From positions 44,107,809 through 44,171,808 of the forward strand of contig NC_057718.1 of the NCBI RefSeq assembly GCF_004010195.1: 64,000 nucleotides of DNA, in the 5' to 3' direction. The position numbers and the translations under genes were made by a program. How positions within the stretch are numbered: the stretch's first letter is position 1; each line of letters begins with the position of its first letter. Source of the DNA: Chiloscyllium plagiosum (lineage: Eukaryota). The notes below the pieces were generated by a model. That model did not search any database. It worked only from the letters and a program-made list of their open reading frames with translations, and was not told the origin of the DNA. Shown piece after piece: positions 13,301 through 29,130 of this stretch.

Positions 13301-16300
13301 CCCATCCGTCCGCTCAATACTCGGGTATTCCCACTCACACCGCTTCAATACTCAGGTAATCCCATCATGTCGCTTCAATACTCGGGCTTTCCTCTCACAC
13401 CGCTCCAATACTCGGGTATTCCCCCTCACATTGCTCCAATACTCAGGTTTCCCCCTCACACTGCTGCAATACTTGGGTATTCTCCCTCACATCGCTCCAA
13501 TATTCGGGTTTCCCCCTCACACTGCTCCATACTCGGGTATTCCCCCTCACATCGCTCCAATACCCGGGTCTCCCCCTCCCACTGCTCCAATACTTGGGTT
13601 TCCCCCTCACACCGCCCCAATACTCAGGTTTCCCCCTCACACTGCCCCAATATTCGGGTATTCCCCCTCAGCCCGCTCCAATACTCGGGTATTCCCCCTC
13701 ACACCACTCCAATACTCGGGTATTCCCCCTCACACCGCTCCGATACTCGGGAATTCCCCCTCACACCACTCCAATACGCGGGTTTCCCCCTCACACCGCT
13801 CCAATAATCGGGTTTCGCCCTCACACCGCTCCGATACTCAGTTATTCCCCTCACAATGCTCCAATACGTGGGTTTCCCCCTCAGACCGCTCCAATACTTG
13901 GGTTACCCCCTTACACCACTCCAAGACTTCGTTATTCCCCTCACAATGCTCCAATACACAGGTTTCCCCCTCACACCACCCCGATACTCGGGTTTCGCCC
14001 TCACGCGGCTCCGATACTCGATTATTCTCATCACACCGCTCCAATATTCAGTATTCCCCCTCACACCGCTCTAATACTCAGTATTCCCCCTCACACGGCT
14101 CCAATACTCAGTATTCCCCCTCACACCGCAGCAATACTAAGCTTTCCCCCTCACACCGCACCAGTACTCCGGATTCCCCCTCACATCGCTCCAATATTCG
14201 GGTTTCCCCCTCATACCCCTCCAATACATGGGGTTCCCCCTCGAACCGCCCCAATACTCAGGTTTGCCCCTTATACTGCCCCAAAAATCGGGTATTCTCA
14301 GTCGCAACACTCCATTACTCGGGTATTCTCCCCCACATTGCTCCAGTACTCGGGTTTCCCCCTCACATCGCTCCAATACTCGGGTTTCCCCTCACATCGC
14401 ACCAATACTTGGGTTTCCCCCTCACATCGCTCCAATACTCGGGTTTCCCCCTCACATCGCACCGATACTCAGGTTTCCCCCTCCCACTGCTCCAATACTC
14501 GGTATTCCCCCTCCCACCGCTCCAATACTCGGGTATTCCCTCTCACACCGCTTCAATACTCGGGATTCCCCCTCACATCGCATCATACTTGGGTATTCCC
14601 ACTCAGCCCGCTCCAATATTTGGGGATGCCCCCTCACACATCTTCAATACTCGGGTTACCCCCTCACATCGCACCAAAACTCGGGTGTTCCCCCTCAGCC
14701 CGCACCAAAACTCGGGTATTCCCCCTCACACCAATCTAATACTCGGGTATTCCCCCTCACTCCGCTCCAATATTTGGGTTACCCCCTTACAGCGCTCCAA
14801 GACTTGGTTATTCCCCTCACAATGCTCCAGTACTCAGGTTTCCCCCCTTACACCACCCCGATACCCAGGTTTCGCCCTCACACCGCTCCAATACTCGGTT
14901 ATTCCCATCACACCGCTCAAATACTCAGTATCCCCCCTCACACCGCTCCAATACTCAGTTTTCCCCCTCACACTGCTCCAATACTCAGTATTCCCCCTCA
15001 CACTGCTCCAATACTCGGTTATTCCCATCACACCGCTCCAATACTCAGTATCCCCTCTCACACTGCTCCAATACTCAGTATTCCGCCTCACACCGCTCCA
15101 ATACTCGGTTATTCCCATCACACCGCTCCAATACTCAGTATCCCCCCTCACACCGCTCCAATACTCAGTTTTCCCCCTCACACCGCTCCAATACTCAGTA
15201 TCCCCTCTCACACTGCTCCAATACTCAGTATTCCGCCTCACACCGCTCCAATACTCGGTTATTCCCATTACACCGCTCCAATACTCAGTATCCCCCCTCA
15301 CACCGCTCCAATACTCAGTTTTCCCCCTCACACTGCTCCAATACTCAGTATCCCCTCTCACACTGCTCCAATACTCAGTTTTCCCCCTCACACTGCTCCA
15401 ATACTCAGTATCCCCTCTCACACTGCTCCAATACTCGGGTATTCCCCCTCACTCCGCTCCAATATTTGGGTTTCCCCCTCACATCGCTTCTATACTTGGT
15501 CATTCACCTCACAATGCTCCAATACGCGTGTTTCCCCCCTTCACACCACTCCAATATGCGGGTTTCCCCGTCACACCGCTCCAATAATCCGGTTTCGCCC
15601 TCACACCACTCCGATACTCAGTTATTCCCCTCACAATGCTCCAATACGTGGGTTTCCCCTTTAGATCACTCCAATACTTGGGTTACCCCCTTACACCACT
15701 CCAAGATTTAGTTATTCCCCTCACAATGCTCCAATACTCAGGTTTCCCCCCTCACACCACCCCGATACTCGGGTTTCACCCTCACACCGCTCCGATATTC
15801 GGTTATTCCCATCACACCGCTCCAATACTCAGTGTCCCCCCTCACACCGCTCCAATACTCAGTATTCCCCTTCACACTGCTCCAATACTCAGTATTCCCC
15901 CTCACACTTCAGCAATACTCAGGTTTCCCCCTCACATCGTTCCAATACTCGGTATTCCCCCTCACACCGCTACAATACTCGGGTTTCCCCCTTACCCCGC
16001 TCCAATACACGGGTATTCCCCCACAAACCGCTCCAGTACTCTGTTATTCCCCTCACAATGCTCCAATACACGGGTTTGCCCCTCACATCGCACCAATACT
16101 CGTGTATTCACCCTCAACCCGCTCCAACACTCGGGTATTCCCCCTCACATCGCTTCAATACTCGGGTAACCCCCTCACACCGCTCCAGTATTCGGGTTTC
16201 CCACTCACACCGCTCCAATACTCGGGTATTCCCCCTCACATCGCTCCAATACACGGGTTTCCCCCTCATACCACTCCAATACTCAGGTTTCCCCCTCACA

Positions 16301-19300
16301 TCACACCGATACTCAGGTTACACCCACCCACTGCTCCAATACTCGGTATTCTCCCTCACATTACTCCAATATTCGGATTTCCCCCTCACATCGCTCCAAT
16401 ACTCCGTATTCCCCCTCACACCGCTCCAATACTTGGGTTACCCCCTCACATCGCACCAATACTCGGGTATCCCCCCTCAGCCCGCTCCAATACTCGGGTT
16501 TCCCCCTCACATCGCTCCAATACTCGGGTTTCCCCCTCACACTGTCCCAAAACTCGGGTATTCTCACTCGCATCGCTCCAATACTCGGGTATTCTCCCTC
16601 ACACCGCCCCAATACTCAGGTTTCCCCCTCACACTGTCCCAAAACTTGGGTATTCTCCCTCACATCGCTCCAATATTCGGGTTTCCCCCCATACCCTCCA
16701 ACAATCGGGTTTCCCCCTCAAACCACCCCAATACTCAGGTTTCCCCCTCACACTGTCCCAAAACTCAGGTATTCTCACTTGCATCGCTCCAATACTCGGG
16801 TATTCTCCCTCACATTGCACCAATACTCAGGTTTCCCCCTCCCACTGCTCCAATACTCGGTATTCTCCCTCACATCACTCCAATAGTCGGGTTTCCCCCT
16901 CACATCGCTCCAATACTCCGGTTTCCCCCTCCCACTGCTCCAATGCTCGGGTATTCCCCCTCACACCGCTCCAATACTCGGGTATTCCCCCTCACACCGC
17001 TTCAATACCTGGGTTTCCCCCTCACATCGCACCAATACTTGGGTGTTTCCCCCCCAGCCCACTCCAATACTCGGGTATTCCGCTCCAATACTCGGGCATT
17101 CTCCCTCACATCGCTCCAATACACGGGTTTCCCCCTCATACCAATCCAATACTCGAGTTTCCCCCTCACTCCGCTCCATACGTGGGTTTTCCCCTCACAT
17201 CACTCCAATACTCGCGTATTCCCCCTCACACCGCTTCAATATTCGGGTTTCCCCCTCACACTGCTCCAATACTCGGGTTTCCCCCTCACATCGCTTCAAT
17301 ACTCGAGTTTCCCCCTCACATCGCACCAATACTTGGGTATTCACCCTCAGCCCGCTCCAACACTCGGGTATTCCCCCTCACATCGCTTCAATACTCAGGT
17401 TTCCCCCTCACCCCGCTCCAGTACTCGGGATTCCCACTCACACCGCTCCAATACTCGGGTTTCCCCCTCACACTGCTCCAGTACTCGGGTATTCCCCCTC
17501 ACATCGCTTCAATACTCAGGTTTCCCCCTCACCCCACTCCATTACTCGGGTTTCCCCCTCACAGCGCTCCAATACTCGGGTATTCCCCCTCCCATCGATC
17601 CAATACTCAGGTTTCCCCCTCACCCCACTCCATTACTCGGGTTTCCCCCTCACAGCGCTCCAATACTCGGGTATTCCCCCTCCCATCGATCCAATACTCA
17701 GGTTTCCCCCTCACCCCACTCCATTACTCGGGTTTCCCCCTCACAGCGCTCCAATACTCGGGTATTCCCCCTCCCATCGATCCAATCGGTATTCCCCCAC
17801 CCACAGCTCCAATACTTGATATTCCCCCTCACACCACTCCAATACTTGGGTATTCCCTCTCACACCGCTTCAATACTCGGGTTTCCCCCTCACATTGCTC
17901 CAATACTCGGGTTTCCCCCTCACATTGCACCGATACTCAGGTTTCCCCTTCCCACTGCTCCAATACTCGGTATTCCCCCTCACACCACTCCAATACTCGG
18001 GTATTCCCTCTCACACAGCTTCAATACTTGGGTTTCCCCCTCACATCGCATCAATACTCAGGTATTCCCACTCAGCCCGCTCCAATATTCGGGTATTCCC
18101 CCTCATGCTGCTTCAATACTCTGGTTACCCCTTCACATCGCACCAATACTCGGGTGTTCCCCCTCATACCGCTCCAACACTCCGGTATTCCCCCTCACTC
18201 CACTCCAATATTCGGGTTTCCCCCTCACACCGCTTCTATACTTGGTTATTCACCTCACAATGCTCCAATACGCGTGTTTCCCGCCCTCATTCAGCTCCAA
18301 TATGCGGGTTTCCCCCTCACACCGCTCCAATAATCGGGTATTCCCCCTCACACCGCTCCAATACTCTGTTCTTCCCCTCACAATGCTGCAATACTCGGGG
18401 TTCTTCCTCACATCGCACCAATACTTGGATATTCACCCTCAGCCCGCTCCAATACTCGGGTTTCCCCCTCACATCGCACCAATACTTGGGTATTCACCCT
18501 CAGCCCGCTCCAACACTCGGGTATTCCCCCTCACATCGCTTCAATACTCGGGTTTCCCCCTCACCCCACTCCAGTACTCGGGTTTCCCACTCACACCGCT
18601 CCAATACTCGGGTTTCCCCCTCACACTGCTCCAGTACTCGGGTTTCCCACTCACACCGCTCCAACACTCGGGTATTCCCCCTCCCATCGATCCAATACTC
18701 AGGTTTCCCCCTCACCCCACTCCAATACTCGTGTTTCCCCCTCACCCCGCTCCAATACTCAGGTTTCCCCCTCACATCGCTCCAGCACTCGGGTTTCCAC
18801 CTCACATCGATCCAATACTCGGGTTTCCCTACCACACCGCTCCAATATTCGAGTTTTCCCCCTCACACCGCTTCTATACTTGGTTATTCACCTCACAATA
18901 CTCCAATACGTGTGTTCCCCCCCTCACACCACTCCAATATGCGGGTTTCCCCCTCACACCGCTCCAATAATCGGGTTTCATCCTCACACCGCTCCGATAC
19001 TCAGTTATTCCCCTCACAATGCTCCAATACGTGAGTTTCCCCCTCAGACCACTCCAATACTTGGGTTACCCCCTTACACCACTCCAAGACTTAGTTATTC
19101 CCCTCACATTGCTCCGATACTCAGGTTTCCCCCTCCCACTGCTCCAATACTCGGTATTTCCCCTCACACCGCTCTAATACTCAGGAATTCCCTCTCACAC
19201 CGCTTCAATACTCAGGTATTCCCACTCATCCCGCTCCAATACTCGGGTATTGCCCCTCACACTGCTTCAATACTCGGGTTACCCCCTCACTTCGCACCAA

Positions 19301-21640
19301 TACTCGGTTGTTCCCCCTCAGCCCGCTCCAATACTCGGGTGTTCCCCCTCAGCCTGCTCCAATACTCGGGTGTTCCCCCTCACTCCACTCCAATATTCGG
19401 GTTTCGCCCTCACGCCGCTTCTATACTTGGTTATTCACCTCACAATACTCCAATACGCGTGTTTCCCACCCTCATACCGCTCCAATATGCGGGTTTCCCC
19501 CTCACACCGCTCCAATAATCGGGTATTCCCCCTCACACCGCTCCAATACTCTGTTCTTCCCCTTACAATGCTCCAATACTCGGGTTTCCCCCTCATATCG
19601 CACCAATACTTGGGTATTCACCCTCAGCCCACTCCAACACTCGGGTGTTCCCCCTCACATCACTTCAATACTCAGGTTTCCCCCTCACCCCGCTCCAGTA
19701 TTCGGGTTTCCCACTCACACCGCTCCAATACTCGGGTTTCCCCCTCACACTGCTCCAGTACTCAGGTTTCCCACTCACACCGCTCCAACACTCGGGTATT
19801 CCCTCTCACATCGATCCAATACTCGGGTTTCCCCCTCACCCCACTCCAATACTCGTGTTTCCCCCTCACCCCGCTCCAATACTCAGGTTTCCCCCTCACA
19901 TCAATCCAATACTCGGTTTTCCCTACCACACCGCTCCAATACCCGGAGTTCTCCCTCACTCCACTCCAGTACTCAGTTATTCCACTCACACCGCTCCAAT
20001 ACTGCGATTTCCCAATCATACCGCTCCAATACTCTGTTATTCCCCTCACAATGCTCCAATACTCGGGTTTCCCCCTCACAGCGCTCCAATACTTGAGTTT
20101 CCCCCTCACATTGCTCCAATACTCGGGTTTCCCACTCACACCACTCCAATACTCGGTACTGACCCTCACACCGCTCCAGTACTCGGTATTCCGCCTCACA
20201 CCGCTTCAATACTCGGGTATTCCCCCTCACTCCGCTCCAATATTCGGGTTTCCCCCTCACACCGCTTCTATACTTGGTTATTCACCTCACAATACTCCAA
20301 TACGCGTGTTCCCCCCCTCACACCACTCCAATATGCGGGTTTCCCCCTCACACCGCTCCAATAATTGGGTTTCTTCCTCACACTGCTCTGATACTCAGTT
20401 ATTCCCCTCACAATGCTCCAATATGTGGGTTTCCCCCTCAGACCGCTCCAATACTCGGGTTACACTCTTACACCGCTCCAAGACTTGGTTATTCCCTTCA
20501 CAATGCTCCAATACTCAGGTTTTCCCCTCACACCACTCCGATACTTGGGTTTTGCCCTCACACCGCTCCAATACTCGGTTATTCCCATCACACCGCTCGA
20601 ATACTCAGTATACACCTCACACCGCTCCAATACTCAGTATACCCCTCACACCGCTCCAATACTCAGTATTCCCCCTCACACCGCAGAAATACTCTGATAT
20701 CCCCCTCACACTGCTCTAACACTTGGGTTTCCCCCTCACACCGCTCCAGTACTCAGTTATTCCCCTCACTGTTCACTCAGATTGCTCCAGTACTCATGTT
20801 TCCTCCTCACTCCGCTCCAATACTCGGTATTCCCCCTCACACCGCTCCGATACTCAGGTTTCCCCCTTCACATCGCTCCGATACTCAGTATCCACCTCGC
20901 ACCACTCCAATACTCAGGTTTCTCCCTCACATCGCTCCAATACTCGGGTATTCCCCCTCACACTGCTCCAATATCCGGGTTACCCCCTTACACCGCTCCA
21001 ATACGCGGGTTTCCCCCTCACACTGCTCCAATACTCAGGTTTCCTCCTTACACTGCTCCGATACTCGGTATTCCCCCTCACATCGCTTCGATACTCAGGT
21101 TTCCCCCTCACACCGATCCGATACTCGGGTCTCCTCCTTCACACCGCTCCGATACTCGGTATCCACCGCGCACCACTCCGATACTTGGATTTCGCCTTCA
21201 CACCGCTCCAATACTCAGGTTTCCCTCCCACACTGCTCCATACTCGAGTTTCCCCCTCGCACCGCTGCAATACTTAGGGTTGCCTCTCACTCTGCTCCGA
21301 CACTTGGGATCCCCCTTACACCGTTTGTCCCCTTCACATTGCTCCAGTACTCAGGTTTCTGCCTCATGGTGCTCCAATACTCAGGTTTCCCCCTCCCATT
21401 GCTCCAATGCTCAGATTTTACCCTCATGGCGCTCCATCACTTGGATTTCCCCTCACACTTTTCTGGTATTCCGGTTTCCTCTCACACAGCTCCATCACTC
21501 GTGTTTCCCTCTCACACCATTCCGGTATTCGGGTTTCCCCCTCACTGCGCTCCAATACTCGGGTTTCCTTTCAGACAGCTCCGGAGCACTCTGGTTTCCC
21601 TCTCACGCCACTCCGGTATTCGGGTTTTCTCTCATGCCGC
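10389..21640. repeat. ~11.3 kb minisatellite, 30-32 bp unit (consensus ~CCCCCTCACACCGCTCCAATACTCGGGTATT)
   Basis: Directly visible tandem array with a C-rich + strand. It degenerates toward 21.3-21.6 kb and contains a homogeneous 30-bp sub-array at ~14880-15435. Confidence 0.98.
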
Positions 21641-22216
21641 CCCAGGATTGTTGAGAGAAAAATTAGAAGAGGTAGAAAAAGAACAGGTGGAGCAGAGGAG
21701 CGCCAGCTGAAGCATCCTACTCTGCTGCTATCTTTGGCCAAGTGAATAATCCTCTCTGACAAAACAAATGGCACAATGAGGCAGCTGAATTAGTTTTACG
21801 TTTTTATATTACATTGTTGTGCTTATTTGATGTTTGGAAGGATGAGACATTAATAGCATGAAAATGTTTTATGTTTCTTCTCAAGAGGCTAATAAACTTG
21901 AATTTCAGCCAATGGAAGTTTAATATTCAGTGACTGTTCTTCATACTTAACTCAGCATTTTGAATTTGAGATTGTAAAATTAGATTCAACTTTCCCCTCT
22001 CAAAACCTCCACACAAAATAGTGTGATCAGAAACTGTTTTTCTTAATTTCTGAACTTATGCTTTTTTTTCTACTAAGAACATTCTCAATGTAAGATTATC
22101 AATAACATTTGCCATTTGAATTTGATGTCAGGTAAAATTCCTTGAGAAATATATCATGTGATACGATAGCTCTAAGAATATTTGCACGATTTTATAACAC
22201 TCTTCCAGTGTCGTAG

Positions 22217-22413
22217 GGGTTACTGCATGAATATGCAACAAAATCAAACTTCCATTTGAATTGGAGATTTGTGTTACAGGAGATAACTACACTTTAAAGG
22301 AGGTGACCAGATCTGTAGTGGAAGTTCCCTTCATGATGACTTTAATCAACAGTGTTTTGGCAAGCAACTAGTTCACACAGATCTTTTGTGCTGCAGCATT
22401 GAAGAGAAAGGGA

Positions 22414-22416
<3 letters not shown>
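22217..22416 (+). pseudogene. USH2A: Usherin pseudo-exon (about human exon 50), cut by a LINE insertion
   Basis: Reads YCMNMQQNQTSI*IGDLCYRR*LHFKGGDQICSGSSLHDDFNQQCFGKQLVHTDLLCCSIEEKG, versus human CCPDEQHNRVSVGIGDSCCGRMPYSTSGNQICCAGRLHDGHGQKCCGRQIVSNDLECCGGEEG. Stops at TGA 22257 and TAA 22284; several cysteines are lost. Confidence 0.85.

Positions 22417-22451
<35 letters not shown>
22417..22451. repeat. (TG)n microsatellite
   Basis: Perfect TG run at the 3' tail of the adjacent LINE. Confidence 0.95.
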
Positions 22452-24511
<2,060 letters not shown>

Positions 24512-25774
24512 AAGATACAAAGGAAGCTGACTCAGGATTTGACAAAGGATAAAAATTGAGTCATTTCTGGTGAATTCAGAGATTCCTGTGTTGCTAATTA
24601 TAGTGGAAATTTGAATGCAAGTAACAATATTTGATCAACATTCAAGTCAACTAATAAGTAAAATTCACTGAAAACAGGAGTTTCACTACATAGCAAAAAA
24701 ATCTTCAAAATAGACTTGTTACAAAAATTAGGCTGTTCACTTAGCCTAAAAATGTCATGACAATTCTTTTTTGCTAAATGCAAAACATTGTTGAAAGAAA
24801 CATTTAATTATCTACAATTTAATTTTAAAGATACTTCTGTAAGTTCAAATGACAAATTTGGGGATTCCAACTTCAAAGCATGGGAATCTTGGTTTAAAAA
24901 ATTGTTTTATCAAAGTTTGTTAAGTCGTGAAATAATTAAATCAAAATAAGGCTTTTTGAAAAAACATGGTTCTCAGTTACTAAAAATAATTTGTGGTATT
25001 TTTGCATTTGTCCTGTAATTGCTATCATTACTCTGCAGGTTCACCTGTTCTGGTTTGTTTGACTTTTTGTTTATGCTTCTGCAAAGCTTATAATTAATTG
25101 GTACTGAGAGGTGCGGACTACTTTGTCTCTTTAATTGGTCAGACGTTTGATAATCTTTCTCTGTCTGACAGGACCAAAAAAAAACATGCATGTGCTCTGT
25201 ATAAATGTATTTACAATTTTCTTCGGTATAGAATTGAGGAGAAAATTTTCACCTTTTCAACTTAATTGCTCCAGATATCCTGAAGGTCAGATAGTTGTCG
25301 GAGCACTATAGTTCTACACTGGGACTGTGCAGCATCCTTGATGTGGCTGAGTCCCATTGCCTGGGAAATTGAACTTTCCAATGGGCAATTCTCCTGCATT
25401 TGAAACCCCTGGAAAAAAATCCTTTGAAGTTGGCAAATTCAGACCGTTGTGACTCAATGAAGTATAGTAGTTACCTCGGAAAGATTGGAGGTTTAGCTTC
25501 TCAATCTGAGCACTGATGTCATTATCAGCCTCAGCAGCAACTACTTCCCTATTTGCATATTGGAATCTTGGACAAATGAGATAAGTTCACATTTCCAAAT
25601 TTCTAGCAGTTTTGATTCCAATCCTAGGAATGATATAAAATGTGTTAACCTGCATCATCAATGTAGATGTTACAGACATCAAAGCCCAATGCTACGGAGC
25701 ATGCTCACTTATTACCACAGAATTAATCTGATCAGGAATTTTTTCAAAGACATATCCATTTTGAAACCTCATTA

Positions 25775-25960
25775 GAGACCAAAAAACTACAGAGGCTGGA
25801 ATCCAATGTAGGCAAGCAATAAGCTAGAAGAACACAGCAAGCTAGGCAGCATCAGGAGGTGGAGAAGTCACCATTTCAAGTGTAGATTTCGACTTCTCCA
25901 CCTCTTGAAGCTGCTTGGCTTGCTGTGTTCTTCCAGACTCCTGCCTGTCCGTTTTGTAAC
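25775..25960. mobile_element. Penelope-derived palindromic element (second family)
   Basis: gctagaagaacacagcaagctaggcagcatcaggaggtggagaagtc is mirrored by gacttctccacctcttgaagctgcttggcttgctgtgttcttccag. The same family occurs at 35950-36150. Confidence 0.75.
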
Positions 25961-26415
25961 CTCGGCAATGTCAAACAAAAGACCAATAGAAGCAGTGACC
26001 TTCTTTCCATTTCTCAACTTCATGTTTCCTTCACCCCATTTTTCACAAATCCACTTTCTCCCAGATCTCGTACATGGACAATAAAAATCTTTAGTTCCGT
26101 ACCATGATGCCATGATGAAAACTAATTAGAACATGTCAAACTAAAAGACTCTTTTATAGATGAGATGGGTGAAAATCCACAGAAAGATCTTCCCCTCTGT
26201 CCTTTAGATATCTTCCTGAGTCATTCAAAGTCAGAGATTGGGACACTTACAATCATATCACATTTTGTAACCCAATATCTATAAGGCGGTTGGAGTCAAT
26301 TTTATCGCAATTACATTCATCAACAATTCATGATAAGAATGCATTTTTTTCTATATGTGTATGGGACAAAATTGTGATATTGTTCTTTACAATACCATTG
26401 CACAATTCATGAATC

Positions 26416-27349
26416 AAGACATTTGATAATGTTCCCCATGGTAGGCTCATTCAGCAGGTCAGGAGGAATGGGATACAGGGGAACTTAGCTCTCTGGATAC
26501 AGAATTGGCTGGCCAACAGAAGACAGCGAGTGGTAGTAGAAGGAGAACATTCTGCCTGGACATCTGTGGTGAGTGGTGTTCCACAGGACTCTGTCCTTGG
26601 GCCTCTACTGTTTGTAATTTTTATTAATGACTTGGATGAGGGGATTGAAGGATGGGCCAGCAAGTTTGCAGATGACACAAAGGTTGGAGGTGTCGTTGAC
26701 AGTATAGAGGGCTGTTGTAGGCTGCAGCGGGACATTGACAGGATGCTGAGATGGGCTGAGAGGTGGCAGATGGAGTTCAACCTGGATAAATGCGAGGGAG
26801 ATGCATTTTGGAAGGTCGNNNNNNNNNNNNNNNNNNNNNNNNNNNNNNNNNNNNNNNNNNNNNNNNNNNNNNNNNNNNNNNNNNNNNNNNNNNNNNNNNN
26901 NNNNNNNNNNNNNNNNNNNNNNNNNNNNNNNNNNNNNNNNNNNNNNNNNNNNNNNNNNNNNNNNNNNNNNNNNNNNNNNNNNNNNNNNNNNNNNNNNNNN
27001 NNNNNNNNNNNNNNNNNNNNNNNNNNNNNNNNNNNNNNNNNNNNNNNNNNNNNNNNNNNNNNNNNNNNNNNNNNNNNNNNNNNNNNNNNNNNNNNGGGGT
27101 CATAGTTTTAGGCTGGTTGGAGGAAAGTATAGAGGGGATGTCAGAGGCGGGTTCTTTACACAGAGAGTTGTGAGAGCATGGAATGCATTGCCAGCAGCAG
27201 TTGTGGAAGCAAGGTCATTGGGGACATTTAAGAGACTACTGGACATGCATATGGTCACAGAAATTTGAGGGTGCATACATGAGGATCAATGGTCGGCACA
27301 ACATCGTGGGCTGAAGGGCCTGTTCTTTGCTGTACTGTTCTATGTTCTA
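26416..27349 (+). mobile_element. CR1-group LINE, 5'-truncated, spanning an assembly gap
   Basis: RT motifs FDNVPHGRL, SGVPQDSVLGPLLFVIFINDLD, KFADDTK, WQMEFN; ORF2 end FFTQRVVRAWNALP; tail gttctatgttct. Confidence 0.93.
26819..27095. other. Assembly gap (N run)
   Basis: Run of n. Confidence 1.
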
Positions 27350-27449
27350 AGGGTTACAATCTTTTCAGACAAATCAGCTCAATAGTTATCTTCTCATTCT
27401 TTATTTGGATATGAAAACTGCTGTGCAAACCAAGATAACATTTGAGTTT

Positions 27450-29130
27450 GAGTTTGAGTCTGATTTTTTGTTGTCAAATATACCAAGATACATTTATAAG
27501 TGTTGTTTTGTGAGATTGTACTATACATGTAGCAGAACAGGGTGCAAAATACCATGTTACAGCTACAGAGAATGTGCAGAGAGAGACATCAACCTTAACA
27601 TTTGAGAGGTCCATTCAAAGTCTGATAACAACTGGGAAGAAGCTGTTCTTGAATTTGTTTGTATGTGTATGCAAACTTTTATATACACATAATTGTATGT
27701 GTAAGAGCATAATTGACATAATTGAGTGTAAGATCGTATAACTAGGACAAAAAGGGGTCTTTGATTATGGAATCAATGGATGGAAGGCTGGTTTGTGTGA
27801 TGGACTGGGCTGTTTTCACAACTCTCTGTAATTTCTTGCGGGCTTGGGAAGAGCAGTTGCCATACCACGCTGTGATGCATCCTGGGAGGCTGCTTTCTAT
27901 GATACATCTACAAAAATTGGTAAGAGTCTTTGTGGATATGTCAAATTTCCTTAGCTTCCTGAGGAAGTAGAGGCATTGGTGTGCTTTCTTCACCGTTGCA
28001 TCAATGTGGGTGGACCAGGACAATTGTCGGTGATCAATTGTTGGGGCGGTACGATGGCTCAGTGGTTAGCACTGCTGTCTCACAGTGCCAGGGACCTGTG
28101 TTCAATTCCCACCTCGGGCAATTGTCTGTGTGGTGTTTGCACATTCTCCCCGTGTCTGCGTGGGTTTCCTCCGGGTGCTCCAGTTTCTTCCCACAATCCA
28201 AAGATGTGCAGGTCAGGTGAATTGGCCATGCTAAATTGCCCATAGTGTTAGGTGTATTAGCCAAGGGTGAATGTAGGGGAATGGGTCTGGGTGGGTTGCT
28301 CTTCGGAGGGTCGGTGTGGACTTGTTGGGCTGAAGGGCTTTTTTCCACACTGTAGGGAATCTAACCTAATCTAAAAAAAAATCACTCAAAAGGCCCTCTC
28401 AACCATCTCTACGTCAGCACCATTGAAGCAGACAGGGGTTTGCCATCTACTCCGCTTCCTGAATTCAATGACTAGCTTCTTCGCTTTGGTGACATTGATG
28501 GGGAGATTGTTGGCTTTACTCCATGCCACTAAGTACTCAATCTTTTTCCTCTATTCTGTCTTGTTACTGTTTGAGATCCAACCTACTATGGTGTTATCAT
28601 CAGCACACTTGTAAATGGAATTGGGGTGGAATTTGGCCACACCTTCATGAGTGTATAATGAGTATAGTAGGTTCTGAGTAGACAGCGTTATGGGGCATCA
28701 GTTTTGAGGATTATGGTGGAGGATATGTTGCCACCTATTCTTATTCTGATTATGGCCTATGAGTCAGGAAGTTGAAGATCCAGTTACAGAGAGATGAGCC
28801 AAAACCTAGTCTCAGAGCTTAGAGATGACTTTGGAACTATGGCATTGAAGGCGAAGCTATAGTCAATAAGTAGGAGCCTGACATAGGATAACTAGGGCCA
28901 GGGAGTTGGCATTTGCTGGAAACCTGTTGTACCAGTAGGTGAGTTGCAAAGGATCAAGGCAATTTGGAAGGCTGGAGTTGATGTGAGTCAAGACTAATCC
29001 ACCCAAAATTCTTCATAAATTTCGAAGTGAGAGCCACTGCGTTGTAGTTATTGAGGCATGCTGCATGACTTTTCTTTGGCACCAGGATGATGGTGGTGGT
29101 CTTGAAGTAGGTGAGGATTTCAGATCGTAG
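27450..29130 (-). mobile_element. Older Rex1/Babar-like LINE remnant with a nested SINE
   Basis: Minus ORFs FKTTTIILVPKKSHAACLNNYNAVALTS (RT N-terminal part) and SWSTHIDATVKKAHQCLYFLRKLRKF...IESSLPGCITAWYGNCS (C-terminus). Confidence 0.8.
28044..28380 (+). mobile_element. tRNA-derived SINE (HE1-like), near full length
   Basis: A-box tggctcagtgg, B-box gttcaattcc, conserved core, (ctaat)n/A tail. Confidence 0.9.

Noticed and set aside
10389..21640. CRISPR-like array (31-bp repeats)
   Set aside because: Units are head-to-tail with no unique spacers, there are no cas genes, and the context is eukaryotic.
10610..21745. Very long ORFs (up to 970 aa) in all three + frames
   Set aside because: They are translations of the minisatellite, whose + strand unit lacks stop triplets. 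The same three peptide motifs alternate between frames as unit length varies, so there is no evidence of a real gene.
26530..27268. ORFs with long X runs (also 36557-37469)
   Set aside because: Artefacts of assembly gaps within CR1 and Penelope fragments.
28044..28120. tRNA gene (A and B boxes; similar at 5085, 36170, 61850)
   Set aside because: These are SINE heads continuing into SINE core and tail, with no complete cloverleaf.
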